Source of the DNA: Leptospiraceae bacterium
Lineage (GTDB): Bacteria; Spirochaetota; Leptospiria; Leptospirales; Leptonemataceae
Direction: 5' to 3'
DNA length: 64,000 nt
NCBI GenBank assembly: GCA_040217195.1
Contig: JAVJNR010000002.1
Coordinates: forward strand, 416,001 to 480,000
The translations under genes and the position numbers were made by a program. How positions within the stretch are numbered: position 1 is the stretch's first letter; each line of letters starts with the position of its first letter. The notes below the pieces were generated by a model. The model ran no database searches and was not told where the DNA came from. It saw only the letters and a program-made list of their open reading frames with translations. Below are positions 8,885 to 17,702 of the stretch, one piece after another.

Positions 8885-11560
8885 TCAGCCAATGAGCTCA
8901 GATAGTTTTCTTGCAGATGGATTTTCCGGTTCCAGCTTTAATGCCTTTTGCGTAAGCTCTCTGGCTCTGTCCATCTGGCCCGTAACTCGATAGCTATCTG
9001 CCAGATTGATTAGATTTGCAATTCGGCCTGGTTGTGCCTGGGCCACTTTCTCTCCTGCCTGGATGGCCTGGTCATGCTGTCTTAAATGTTTATGACAAAC
9101 GGAAAGTGAGAAGCAAGCATCGATATTTTCCGGTTCCAGCTCGGTTAGCTGGCTTAATGGTTGTACCGCTTCTTCATGTCGTCCTTCCATCATAAGAATT
9201 CTTCCCTTAAGACGAAGAGCATTTCCATGGTCCGGGTCTATAGCCAGAAGCTGATCCAGTTTTCGCAGTGCCCCCGGCACATCGTTTCCCTGCAATCCTT
9301 CCCGGGCCATTCTCATTAGAGATTCTACGTCGGCCACCGGACCTTCCAGGCGAGTGGCCGCGGTTTCCTGAAAGCCCACTCTCAATAAACTCAGGTCATC
9401 TGTGATGGTGCCTGTGCCATGCACTCGGTCTACAATTGCCAGCAGATCTCCACCGGAAGCCTCTACATGGCGCAGAAATAGAGTCTCATCTTCATTAATG
9501 GTCCGAATATCACCACCACCGCCAAGATCAATGTCATCTCGACCATCGGAACCTGCGATAAGTACGTCTCCTGGCTGAAGCTGAAAGTGTTGTACTTTGA
9601 ATTTAAATTCGGATGGAGAGCCCAGCTTTCGCAGATTCAGTTCCTTTTCGATGAAGCTTGCCTGCCCGTTCCTGTAAAGTACGGTCCAGGGGTGTTCGGC
9701 ATTAAAATAAGCCATCTCTCCGGTTTCTTCATCGATCACACCGATTACCGCGGAGAGCATCATCAATCCATCAAAGGCCAGAAAAAGGTTATGTAATTCG
9801 TCGAAGATTTCAGTAAGCCATTCATCTGGTGTGGAGTTCAGTACTCGATCGTTTCCGGCCGATCGGGCCAGAACATTATTCATGGCAGTGCCCATGACAA
9901 TAGCACCGCCGGCCCCCTGCATGGATTTTCCCATTGCATCTCCGTTCATGAATACGGTATATCGCTTCGCTTCAGATCCCAGTCTCAGGTTACCGGTGAC
10001 GCAGATGTCCCCTCCCAGGTCTGCTGAGCGTTCCTTAAAAACAAACTTCTTCTTCTGTTCTACATAGAATTCGGTGCTGACTTTTTCTGATTTATTTCGA
10101 TTCGTCTGTAGAGGACGTCCAATCAGATAGGTTAGATAATAATCTCCGTCCTGCTGCACTTTCATTTCATGAATTTGCTGCATTTTTTCGGTAACTTCGC
10201 GGGTTCGCTCATCTACCTTCAGTTCGAGATTCTCTGCGTAATCCTGGAGTTTTTGCCTGGCATCCAGAATGCTCTTTACCATGTTATTGAATGATCTGGA
10301 CAAATAACCAATTTCATCTTCCACCATTACCGGTATCTTGACTTCGAAATCCCCTTCTTCTACCTGGCCCACACCATCCAGCAGTGAATGCAGAGGTCGC
10401 ACCAGACTTCTAGAAAAGAAGATGGGATAAAGAATTAGAACGGCAAGTACCAGAGCGATGGTCAGGATGGCTGTGCCCATCATGGATCTATGAATGAATT
10501 CTCTATATTCCCGGTATCTGTATCCCACTTCATAAGTTTTCCTCTCGCCGTTTTCTATGTATGGTCCAGGAATATGATATGCTAAATAAATATCGTCTGA
10601 ATGAGGTTCCATCTGACGAAAGTGGCGCGCCGTGAAATTATTCTCTTCGCCTCTTTTTACCAGTTTGCCTTCCTTCATTTCTTCCAGCGTTCGTGCATAG
10701 GCAATGGGAGTGATGGGATCCATACCTTCCTGCACATACGTTCTCGCCTGTAATGCATGGATTCTATCGTAACTGCGATGGGTTTGTTGTCCCGAAAAAG
10801 CAGAAAGAGCTTGAATTGCCAGAAGCAACGTTACCAGAGAAATACCCACAATTTTTGTCATGAAGCTTGTACGCTCAACGGTGTTGTTGATGAATACAAG
10901 AACGATTGCCGTGTATCCCAGAAGGCTGAGTATTACATATCCTTGCTGAAAGGTTGAATGGCTGATACGGCCGCCATTGTACAGTACGTTGACTATTCCA
11001 GGTAGTAGAGTGGGGATTAGCATTGCTACCAGGAGCTGTCTGGCTGCTCGCTTCTCTTTTTTCTCCATCTTCATACTTCGCTTAAACAGAACTATGGCAA
11101 ACCAGAGCATCATGAAAATCATTCCTCTGGCTACCCAGGCTCCCATTTCCTGAGGATAGTTGAAAAGTTCTCCCTGGAAGTCGAAATCCGGAGAAGTGAT
11201 GAAAGCGTTGTAGTAAAAATGACCGGCCAGCAAGACTGAGATAGTCGCTGTTATCCAGAATGCGATCCTGGATGCTCTGGTTTTTTCGTTGTTGGGAAAA
11301 TGGTAGGCAAACTGAATCATATACACCAGCGGCACAAAAACGATGCCCACAGTTATGAATCGGTGGTCGCCTCCCAGTGGTCCAATGAGCAGGGCTGACC
11401 AGAGATAGCCTACATTCAGCCCAAGGGCTCCAAGAAAGAAGATGGCCAGATCTCTAGTGTATAGTTGCTTTTCGCGCAGAGATATCAAATAAAGTAGCAG
11501 AACAAGCGTGTAGAGGGTGCACACTAATGTGGCAATTCCCCATTCATTGAAGTAGAGCAT
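8885..11560 (-). CDS. 7TM sensor-HAMP-SpoIIE (PP2C) phosphatase with C-terminal TPRs
   Basis: N-terminal TM bundle; HAMP 'DEIGYLSRSFNNM'; PP2C motifs GGD, 'GDAMGKS', 'SDG' and 'DDLSLL'; TPR-like helices ('DPDHGNAL', 'EPENIDA', 'EPENPSA'). Confidence 0.88.
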   Translation of the reverse strand: MLYFNEWGIATLVCTLYTLVLLLYLISLREKQLYTRDLAIFFLGALGLNVGYLWSALLIGPLGGDHRFITVGIVFVPLVYMIQFAYHFPNNEKTRASRIAFWITATISVLLAGHFYYNAFITSPDFDFQGELFNYPQEMGAWVARGMIFMMLWFAIVLFKRSMKMEKKEKRAARQLLVAMLIPTLLPGIVNVLYNGGRISHSTFQQGYVILSLLGYTAIVLVFINNTVERTSFMTKIVGISLVTLLLAIQALSAFSGQQTHRSYDRIHALQARTYVQEGMDPITPIAYARTLEEMKEGKLVKRGEENNFTARHFRQMEPHSDDIYLAYHIPGPYIENGERKTYEVGYRYREYREFIHRSMMGTAILTIALVLAVLILYPIFFSRSLVRPLHSLLDGVGQVEEGDFEVKIPVMVEDEIGYLSRSFNNMVKSILDARQKLQDYAENLELKVDERTREVTEKMQQIHEMKVQQDGDYYLTYLIGRPLQTNRNKSEKVSTEFYVEQKKKFVFKERSADLGGDICVTGNLRLGSEAKRYTVFMNGDAMGKSMQGAGGAIVMGTAMNNVLARSAGNDRVLNSTPDEWLTEIFDELHNLFLAFDGLMMLSAVIGVIDEETGEMAYFNAEHPWTVLYRNGQASFIEKELNLRKLGSPSEFKFKVQHFQLQPGDVLIAGSDGRDDIDLGGGGDIRTINEDETLFLRHVEASGGDLLAIVDRVHGTGTITDDLSLLRVGFQETAATRLEGPVADVESLMRMAREGLQGNDVPGALRKLDQLLAIDPDHGNALRLKGRILMMEGRHEEAVQPLSQLTELEPENIDACFSLSVCHKHLRQHDQAIQAGEKVAQAQPGRIANLINLADSYRVTGQMDRARELTQKALKLEPENPSARKLSELIG

Positions 11561-12041
11561 CGGGTGCGAATCTTAACCTCAATCCAATGGCAGACAATCC
11601 GTTTTCTCATTTAGCATCAGAAAAAAGCCGAAAAGTTACTGGGTAGAGCCTCTATGGGCCATCCACCAGACATTGTATGTGTGTCAGTATTTTTCTAGTT
11701 ACCAACCGGGTGCAGAATGTACTGATTTGCCAGCAACTCCAGGGCTTCCGCAGATTGGCTGCCATGGACTAATGCCGGCCCGGATCTAATGCAACTATCA
11801 TATCCTGTGAGCTACCTGGTGTATCCAGATTACGATTGCCTGTCTATTCAACAGATGCATTGCCTGGTAATTTCTAGTATTTCGGGCTCCCGAATTGAGT
11901 GATGAAAAGGCCATGGAGCTAAATAATTCCATCTTTTGCGCTTGACCAATGGGCCGGTATTCCGATCTTGAAAGTGTGAAGTATGAGGCACAAATTGCTT
12001 CTGGTCGGAAAAGTCTGAATCAATCAGACGCCGCCGTTGTT

Positions 12042-12092
12042 GTGTCTTCCCTCCTACTAGCTTCTTTCCTAGCCGGGCTTCGCCTGGCATAA
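12042..12092 (+). promoter_or_regulatory. Putative leuA leader peptide (Leu-rich) / attenuator
   Basis: GTG TCT TCC CTC CTA CTA GCT TCT TTC CTA GCC GGG CTT CGC CTG GCA TAA = MSSLLLASFLAGLRLA (6 Leu in 16). The frame is also open from GTG 11976. It lies upstream of leuA. Confidence 0.55.
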
Positions 12093-12266
12093 GTTTAACA
12101 TAATTCGTACGTCTATTTTTTGAATCTGGTTTCCGCTCCGGCGTCTCTGTTGGTGCTGCCGCAGAGTAATCCGTGCAATTCGGCTCAGATTCAATTTGGC
12201 CCAGATTCATCGCCTCTGCACCTATTGGCTGATGCGATGGGCCGACTGTTCGAAAGGAGAAGCGTT

Positions 12267-13628
12267 ATGATAGAAAATACCAGGAAATCCGGAATGAATC
12301 CCGGAGCAAAATACCAGCCGGTAATTCCTGTGGAGCTACCGGATCGAACGTGGCCGTCCAAACGAATTGAGAAGGCCCCCCGGTTTTGTAGTGTAGATTT
12401 GCGTGATGGAAATCAGGCTCTTGTGATCCCTATGGAACCAGAGAAAAAGGCTCAGATGTTTCGCACTCTTGTGAATATGGGTTTCAATGAAATTGAGGCT
12501 GGATTTCCGGCTGCCTCGGTACCAGACTTCAATTTTATTCGCTGGTTATCTGAGTCCGGCGCCGTTCCAGAAAACACCTATGTTCAGATCCTGAGTCAGG
12601 CCAGAGACCATTTGATTGAGCGAAGCTTTGAGTCTATTCATGGACTGAAGAAAGTAATCTTCCACGTTTATAACAGTACTTCTCCGGCCCAGCGTCAGTA
12701 TGTATTCAAGCGTAGCCGGAATGAGGTGATTGATATTGCAGTGCAGGCTGTGAGACAGATCAAAGCTCTCCGCTCCAGATTTTCCGGCGAAATGGTACTG
12801 GAATACTCACCGGAGAGCTTTTCAGCCACCGAGCCGGAGTTCGCGCTGGAGATCTGTCATGCTGTGATGGAGGAGTGGGCCCCTTTCCAGGCGAATTCGC
12901 TTATTTTGAATCTCCCTTCGACAGTGGAAGTAACTACTCCCAATCTGTTTGCAGATCAAATTGAATGGTTTTCGAGAAATCTGCAGAACCGCAAGGATAT
13001 AGTACTCAGCGTGCATCCGCACAATGATCGAGGCACAGCTGTCGCGGCTGCGGAGATGTCTTTGCTGGCCGGAGCTGATCGCCTGGAAGGTACTCTGTTC
13101 GGAAATGGAGAAAGAACGGGAAATGTGGATCTGGTTACCGTCGGTCTAAACCTGTTCAGTCAGGGTGTGGATCCTGGAATCGACTTTTCGAATCTGCCTG
13201 AAATAAGACAGGTTTACGAACAGACCACCGGCATGACGGTTCCTCCAAGGCAGCCCTATGCAGGGGAGCTTGTCTTTACTGCCTTCTCCGGCTCTCATCA
13301 GGATGCGATTCGAAAGTCACTTACTGTGCGAAAGGAAAATCCGTCTGCGGAACTCTGGGATATTCCTTATCTTCCGGTAGATCCTGCAGACATAGGTCGC
13401 AGATATGAGAAGTACATTCGCATCAACAGCCAATCCGGAAAGGGAGGAGTAGCATACGTTCTGGAAGACCAGGGCCTGGACTTGCGCTCCATCCCGGTAC
13501 GAGATTTGATGGACTTTGCTTCCATGGTTCAGCTGGAGGCAGAGAAAAAAGGCAGTGAACTGGAGCCTCTGGAGATCCTCGAACTATGGACTCGACGAAG
13601 GGAAGCGCGGCCGGCCGAATCCATGTGA
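12267..13628 (+). CDS. leuA: 2-isopropylmalate synthase (yeast/Mycobacterium type), short form without the C-terminal regulatory domain
   Basis: 'SVDLRDGNQAL', 'EYSPESFS', 'LNLPSTVE', 'HPHNDRG', 'GNGERTGNVD', 'FSGSHQDAI' and 'IRINSQSGKGG'. SD AGGAGA at 12255-12260 supports ATG 12267 (453 aa). Confidence 0.92.
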   Translation: MIENTRKSGMNPGAKYQPVIPVELPDRTWPSKRIEKAPRFCSVDLRDGNQALVIPMEPEKKAQMFRTLVNMGFNEIEAGFPAASVPDFNFIRWLSESGAVPENTYVQILSQARDHLIERSFESIHGLKKVIFHVYNSTSPAQRQYVFKRSRNEVIDIAVQAVRQIKALRSRFSGEMVLEYSPESFSATEPEFALEICHAVMEEWAPFQANSLILNLPSTVEVTTPNLFADQIEWFSRNLQNRKDIVLSVHPHNDRGTAVAAAEMSLLAGADRLEGTLFGNGERTGNVDLVTVGLNLFSQGVDPGIDFSNLPEIRQVYEQTTGMTVPPRQPYAGELVFTAFSGSHQDAIRKSLTVRKENPSAELWDIPYLPVDPADIGRRYEKYIRINSQSGKGGVAYVLEDQGLDLRSIPVRDLMDFASMVQLEAEKKGSELEPLEILELWTRRREARPAESM

Positions 13629-13638
13629 TTCGGCCGGC
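13610..13638. terminator. Perfect 12-bp inverted repeat overlapping the leuA stop
   Basis: GCCGGCCGAATC-CATGT-GATTCGGCCGGC between convergent genes; no long U-tract. Confidence 0.5.
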
Positions 13639-13778
13639 TTCCTGAATGGGCCCGGAACAGTCCATAGAATGTCCTGATTGCCTTATATATTCGGTCCAGG
13701 AGCAACCTGGGCCGTTAGCATCCGGTGGAGATGGAGCCGCCCTGACCATTGGACAAGGTTCGGCGGGTCCTAATAGGG

Positions 13779-14813
13779 CTATTGTTCAGCTTCGTCATAG
13801 AATTTAGGATCGAACGCTTCTCGGGCTCCTTCGCCTATGAAGGTTGCCATGAGCAGAGTCAGAAAAAGAGCCGTTACTGTGCTAACTGCTATCCAGGGGA
13901 AATCCAGGTTGTCCAGTCCCTGTTGTAGAAGCTCTCCCCAGGAAGGAGTGGGGGGTGGCAGTCCAAATCCCAGAAAATCTAGCGCCGTAAGGGAGCTGAT
14001 GCCTGCTATCAAGGTGAACGGAAGAATTGTAATCAATGGAGTTAGAGCATTGGGAAGAATTTGTCCCCAGAAGATGCGCAGGCTTCCCAGGCCGCTTGCT
14101 CGGGCTGCCTGAACATAGGTCTGTCCTCTTAGTTTAAAGAATTCACCGCGCATATAATAGGAAAGACCAACCCAGCTAAACAGAGACATTACCACCAGAA
14201 GCATCCAGAAGTCTTGTCCGTAAATGGAGCCCAGCAGGATTACAACATACAGAAAGGGCAGAGCGGACCAGATTTCAATGATTCGTTGCATGACTATGTC
14301 TGTTCGACCGCCCAGGTAGCCCTGAATCCCGCCGATGATCACTCCCAGAAATCCACTCAGCACGGTAAGGCTTAGAGAAAACAGCATACATATGCGAAAG
14401 CCATAGAGCAAGCGTGCGAATACATCTCGACCCAGACTATCGGTTCCCAGCCAGTGTCGAAGAGATGGCGGATGCGGCGGTGGCTCCATGTCCTGTAGAT
14501 CGGCTTCCTCCGGATCAAAAGGAACTGGAGGAAACAAAGCCCATCCTTTCTCTGCGAATCCTGCAGACTTGACCAGTGATTTGTAGTCAGCCTCGGTGCC
14601 GTATGGTTGGCCCAATTCTTTACCAGAATAAAAGAAAATTAGCGGGAAGTACAGGCTACTCTGGTAACTCAGCACAATTGGCTTCCTCTCAGCGATGCAT
14701 TCGCTGAACAGAGAAAGCACAAATAAAGAGCCCAGCAGGATGAGCGAATAGTAGGCCCTCCGAATCCCCTTGAATCTTCGCCATCGCTCTATGGTCAGGT
14801 CTGAAAATCTCAC
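13779..14813 (-). CDS. yejE: Peptide ABC transporter permease, YejE/OppC-like
   Basis: 'WRRFK..RRAYYSL', 'HWLGTDSLGRDVFARL', 'LTALDFLGFGLPPPTPSWGELL' and 'FIGEGAREAFDP'. Confidence 0.8.
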   Translation of the reverse strand: MRFSDLTIERWRRFKGIRRAYYSLILLGSLFVLSLFSECIAERKPIVLSYQSSLYFPLIFFYSGKELGQPYGTEADYKSLVKSAGFAEKGWALFPPVPFDPEEADLQDMEPPPHPPSLRHWLGTDSLGRDVFARLLYGFRICMLFSLSLTVLSGFLGVIIGGIQGYLGGRTDIVMQRIIEIWSALPFLYVVILLGSIYGQDFWMLLVVMSLFSWVGLSYYMRGEFFKLRGQTYVQAARASGLGSLRIFWGQILPNALTPLITILPFTLIAGISSLTALDFLGFGLPPPTPSWGELLQQGLDNLDFPWIAVSTVTALFLTLLMATFIGEGAREAFDPKFYDEAEQ

Positions 14814-15823
14814 TGCAATCGAATCCTGGGATCTATGTAAGTGTACAGCAAATCAGAAAAAAGTCGGCCCATCAAAGTTAGAATAGAAGAAATTAGAATA
14901 ATCCCGAGAACTACTGGGTAATCTCTACTTTCTATGGAGTTCCAGACCAGAAGGCCCATTCCATCGATGTCGAAAACCTTTTCAATAAGTAATGCACCGG
15001 CGAATACAAGTGTGAAAATCTCGCTCATTCGAGTGGCAATTGGAATTAGTGCATTGCGAAGAGCATGTCTGAATAATGCTGTCTTTGGTAGCATACCTTT
15101 CAATATGGCTGTTCTCATATAATCCTTTTTCAGCTCTTCCAGGATACCATTCTTCATGAGCATGGTTAGAAATGCGAATTCGCTCACCATGTAGCAAATC
15201 ATGGGTAGAATCATATGATGAAGGAAGTCCAATACCTTCGCTCCGAAGGAAAGCATCTCAAAGTTGTCCGATACCACACCACGAATAGGAAAAAGATCCA
15301 GGAAGGTTCCTCCGGCAAAGAAAATGATCAGAAGAATACCAAGAGCATATCCGGGAATTACATAGCCGGCGAAAATGACGATGGAGCTTGCTGTGTCGAA
15401 ATGCGATCTATGTTTTCGCGCCTTCCACATCCCAAGTGGAATGCAGACTGCATAAGAAAGCAAAAATGAAGTGAGTCCAAAGAAAAGCGAAATTGGCATT
15501 CGCTCCACAATGACTTCCAGCACCGGTCTGTTGTAGGTGTAGGATTTACCCAGATCTCCGGTAATTGCATTTCCCAGCCAGGTAAAGTACCTGATATGAG
15601 CTGGCTTATCAAATCCAAAGTTTCGCCTTAGATTCTCAATTTCTGCCGGATTGATGGCAGCGGCTGGATTGGCGCCCTGGGCTGCCGTGGCGGAGCGAAT
15701 TTCAGCAATCATCTGCTCTACTGGTCCGCCAGGCACGAACTGAATTAAGACAAAACAGGCTACAGTGATTCCCAGGATTGTGGGAATCATATATAGAAGT
15801 CTTCGGATTACGTAGGTACGCAC
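14810..15823 (-). CDS. yejB: Peptide ABC transporter permease, YejB/OppB-like
   Basis: 'YVIRRLLYMIPT', 'IQFVPGGPVEQ', 'FGFDKP', 'RHALRNALIP' and 'IDPRI'. Confidence 0.8.
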   Translation of the reverse strand: MRTYVIRRLLYMIPTILGITVACFVLIQFVPGGPVEQMIAEIRSATAAQGANPAAAINPAEIENLRRNFGFDKPAHIRYFTWLGNAITGDLGKSYTYNRPVLEVIVERMPISLFFGLTSFLLSYAVCIPLGMWKARKHRSHFDTASSIVIFAGYVIPGYALGILLIIFFAGGTFLDLFPIRGVVSDNFEMLSFGAKVLDFLHHMILPMICYMVSEFAFLTMLMKNGILEELKKDYMRTAILKGMLPKTALFRHALRNALIPIATRMSEIFTLVFAGALLIEKVFDIDGMGLLVWNSIESRDYPVVLGIILISSILTLMGRLFSDLLYTYIDPRIRLQ

Positions 15824-15844
15824 AATGCTCCCCGGAATTAGAAT

Positions 15845-17629
15845 CTAGGGCCCGGCGTACTCAACTGTGGCCGGAGCTTTTTTCATGGCTTCATTGTTCT
15901 TGCGAGACTTTTTTAAAAGCTCTTCTTGATCCGGATCCACCCACCAGTAGGTGTTTACTGCATCATCCGATCCATACTTGGCCAGAGGGTTGTCCGGAAT
16001 GCCGTAGCGATTCCAGTAAAGAAGCCGATGGGAATCGGCCTGCCAGAGCAGAACATATGGATGCAGTTCGTACAGGCGTCGATCCATTTGCTTCAGTAGA
16101 TTGGTTCGCTGCTGGGGTCCTGGCGCCGTTTTGTAGGCCTCAAGCAATGCATCGATCCTTTCATCTTTGATGCCAGCCAGGTTAATAGAGCCTTTTTCAT
16201 CTGCAGTTTTGGAATGCCACATAGGTTCTGGATCTTTCAGGCGACCTGCGCCCCAGTTAATCCAGTAAAGGTCAAATTCGAATTCATCCAGTCTCTTTCG
16301 CGCAGTACTTAAACTTACCTGATCGATGGATGCTTCTATTCCTACTGATTTAAGATCCTGCAGATAAATATTTAGATGTCGCAGGTCTGAACCGCTCTGC
16401 AGGAATCGAATACTCAGTACCTCTCCATCCTTTTCCAGAAGACCGCGATCGTTGGGCGTATAGCCTGCCTCGGTAAGAAGTCTTCTGGCCTGCTCCGGAT
16501 CATATTTAATCACAGGAACTGCAGGATTTACATAGCTCGGATACAGATCTGGCATATAGGAATTTAGCAGTACATATTCTTCGTACATCAGCTTTTTATT
16601 CATAAGCGATCTGTTTAGAAGAAGGGACAGAGCCTTTCGCACTCGAATGTCCTGAAATTTGTCTTTGCGAAGATTGATTACAAACCCCTGGAATCCTCGG
16701 GGTATTCTGTTGTAGATTTTCTGGCGGGCTATCCAGCCTTTTTGAACCTCTTCCAGGTGAGTTTTGATGGCCCAGATAGAAGCTGTATGCACCGGAAAAT
16801 AATCGAACTCTCCTTTTTTGAAAGCTTCCAGCGCCTTATTTCTGTCTTCTACAAATCGATAGCGAATATAGTCGAAGTTGTATTTTCCGTTATTGAATTT
16901 TAGCTTTCGCCCCCACCAGTCTCCCCGGCGTTTCAGTAATACAAAGCGGTTTACCTTGTTTTGAACTACTTCGTATGGGCCGCTAATTACGTCGAATTCG
17001 TTTACATCGTTAAAGTCTTTACCTTTCAGCGTATGCTCGGGCAGGGCCACCAATTGGCCGGCATCCCAGAGATTTTGCCAGTGCTTTACTTTGGCGCGAA
17101 TTCGCAAAGTGCGATCATCCAGAGCTTCCGGCCTTTCAAATCTGCTGAGTGAAACTCGAAAGACTGCTGTATTGTTCCTGGGATTCATCATTGTATCGTA
17201 ATAGAATACAATGTCGCTTGCCTTGATTGGTTTTCCATCGCTCCAGGTAGCCTGCTTCCGGAGTTTGAAAGTGAATTCCATTCCATCCGCGCTTACTTCA
17301 TAAGACTCGGCCAGGATGCCCACCGGTTCCTGCTTCACCGGATGCATGGTTAGTAAAGGCTCGAATTGCATATAAGTGATTTCTGCAGAAAGTGTATTGG
17401 TATCCAGCCAGTAATTCAATGATTTCGGGTAGGAAGAGCCCCAGACATTGTTCACTCCTCCTTTGACCGCTGCCGGATCTGCCATGGGATCTGGATGGCC
17501 CACAGGAAGCCCATCCAGAGGAACGTCCTTTACAGGCTCAAGTTGTACCTCGGAATCTTCTCCACAGTGAAGGGAAAAAACGGTGGCCAGGACAACCAGG
17601 ACTAGATATCGAGCAGTAGATCCTTTCAT
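15845..17629 (-). CDS. yejA: Family 5 solute-binding lipoprotein, YejA-like
   Basis: Lipobox 'FSLHC'; 'AVKGG', 'WSDGKPI.ASD' and 'YNFDYIRY'; first gene of the yejABE-like operon. Confidence 0.78.
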   Translation of the reverse strand: MKGSTARYLVLVVLATVFSLHCGEDSEVQLEPVKDVPLDGLPVGHPDPMADPAAVKGGVNNVWGSSYPKSLNYWLDTNTLSAEITYMQFEPLLTMHPVKQEPVGILAESYEVSADGMEFTFKLRKQATWSDGKPIKASDIVFYYDTMMNPRNNTAVFRVSLSRFERPEALDDRTLRIRAKVKHWQNLWDAGQLVALPEHTLKGKDFNDVNEFDVISGPYEVVQNKVNRFVLLKRRGDWWGRKLKFNNGKYNFDYIRYRFVEDRNKALEAFKKGEFDYFPVHTASIWAIKTHLEEVQKGWIARQKIYNRIPRGFQGFVINLRKDKFQDIRVRKALSLLLNRSLMNKKLMYEEYVLLNSYMPDLYPSYVNPAVPVIKYDPEQARRLLTEAGYTPNDRGLLEKDGEVLSIRFLQSGSDLRHLNIYLQDLKSVGIEASIDQVSLSTARKRLDEFEFDLYWINWGAGRLKDPEPMWHSKTADEKGSINLAGIKDERIDALLEAYKTAPGPQQRTNLLKQMDRRLYELHPYVLLWQADSHRLLYWNRYGIPDNPLAKYGSDDAVNTYWWVDPDQEELLKKSRKNNEAMKKAPATVEYAGP

Positions 17630-17702
17630 TGGGGCAAAGATTTTCTGCTACCTGTTCGGGTGTCAAACATGCATTTTAATTTTCGCCCGAGGAACCAGGG
17701 GT

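Noticed and set aside
11690..11870. Minus-strand 'AEALELL' fragment suggesting another receiver-domain relic
   Set aside because: Only one short motif; the acidic pocket, phospho-Asp and KP motifs could not be found.
11848..12210. 120-aa minus-strand ORF upstream of leuA
   Set aside because: TTG start, no motif, and antisense to the leuA leader/promoter region.
12120..12266. 49-aa N-terminal extension of LeuA in the ORF track
   Set aside because: A strong SD precedes ATG 12267, and the extension does not resemble IPMS.
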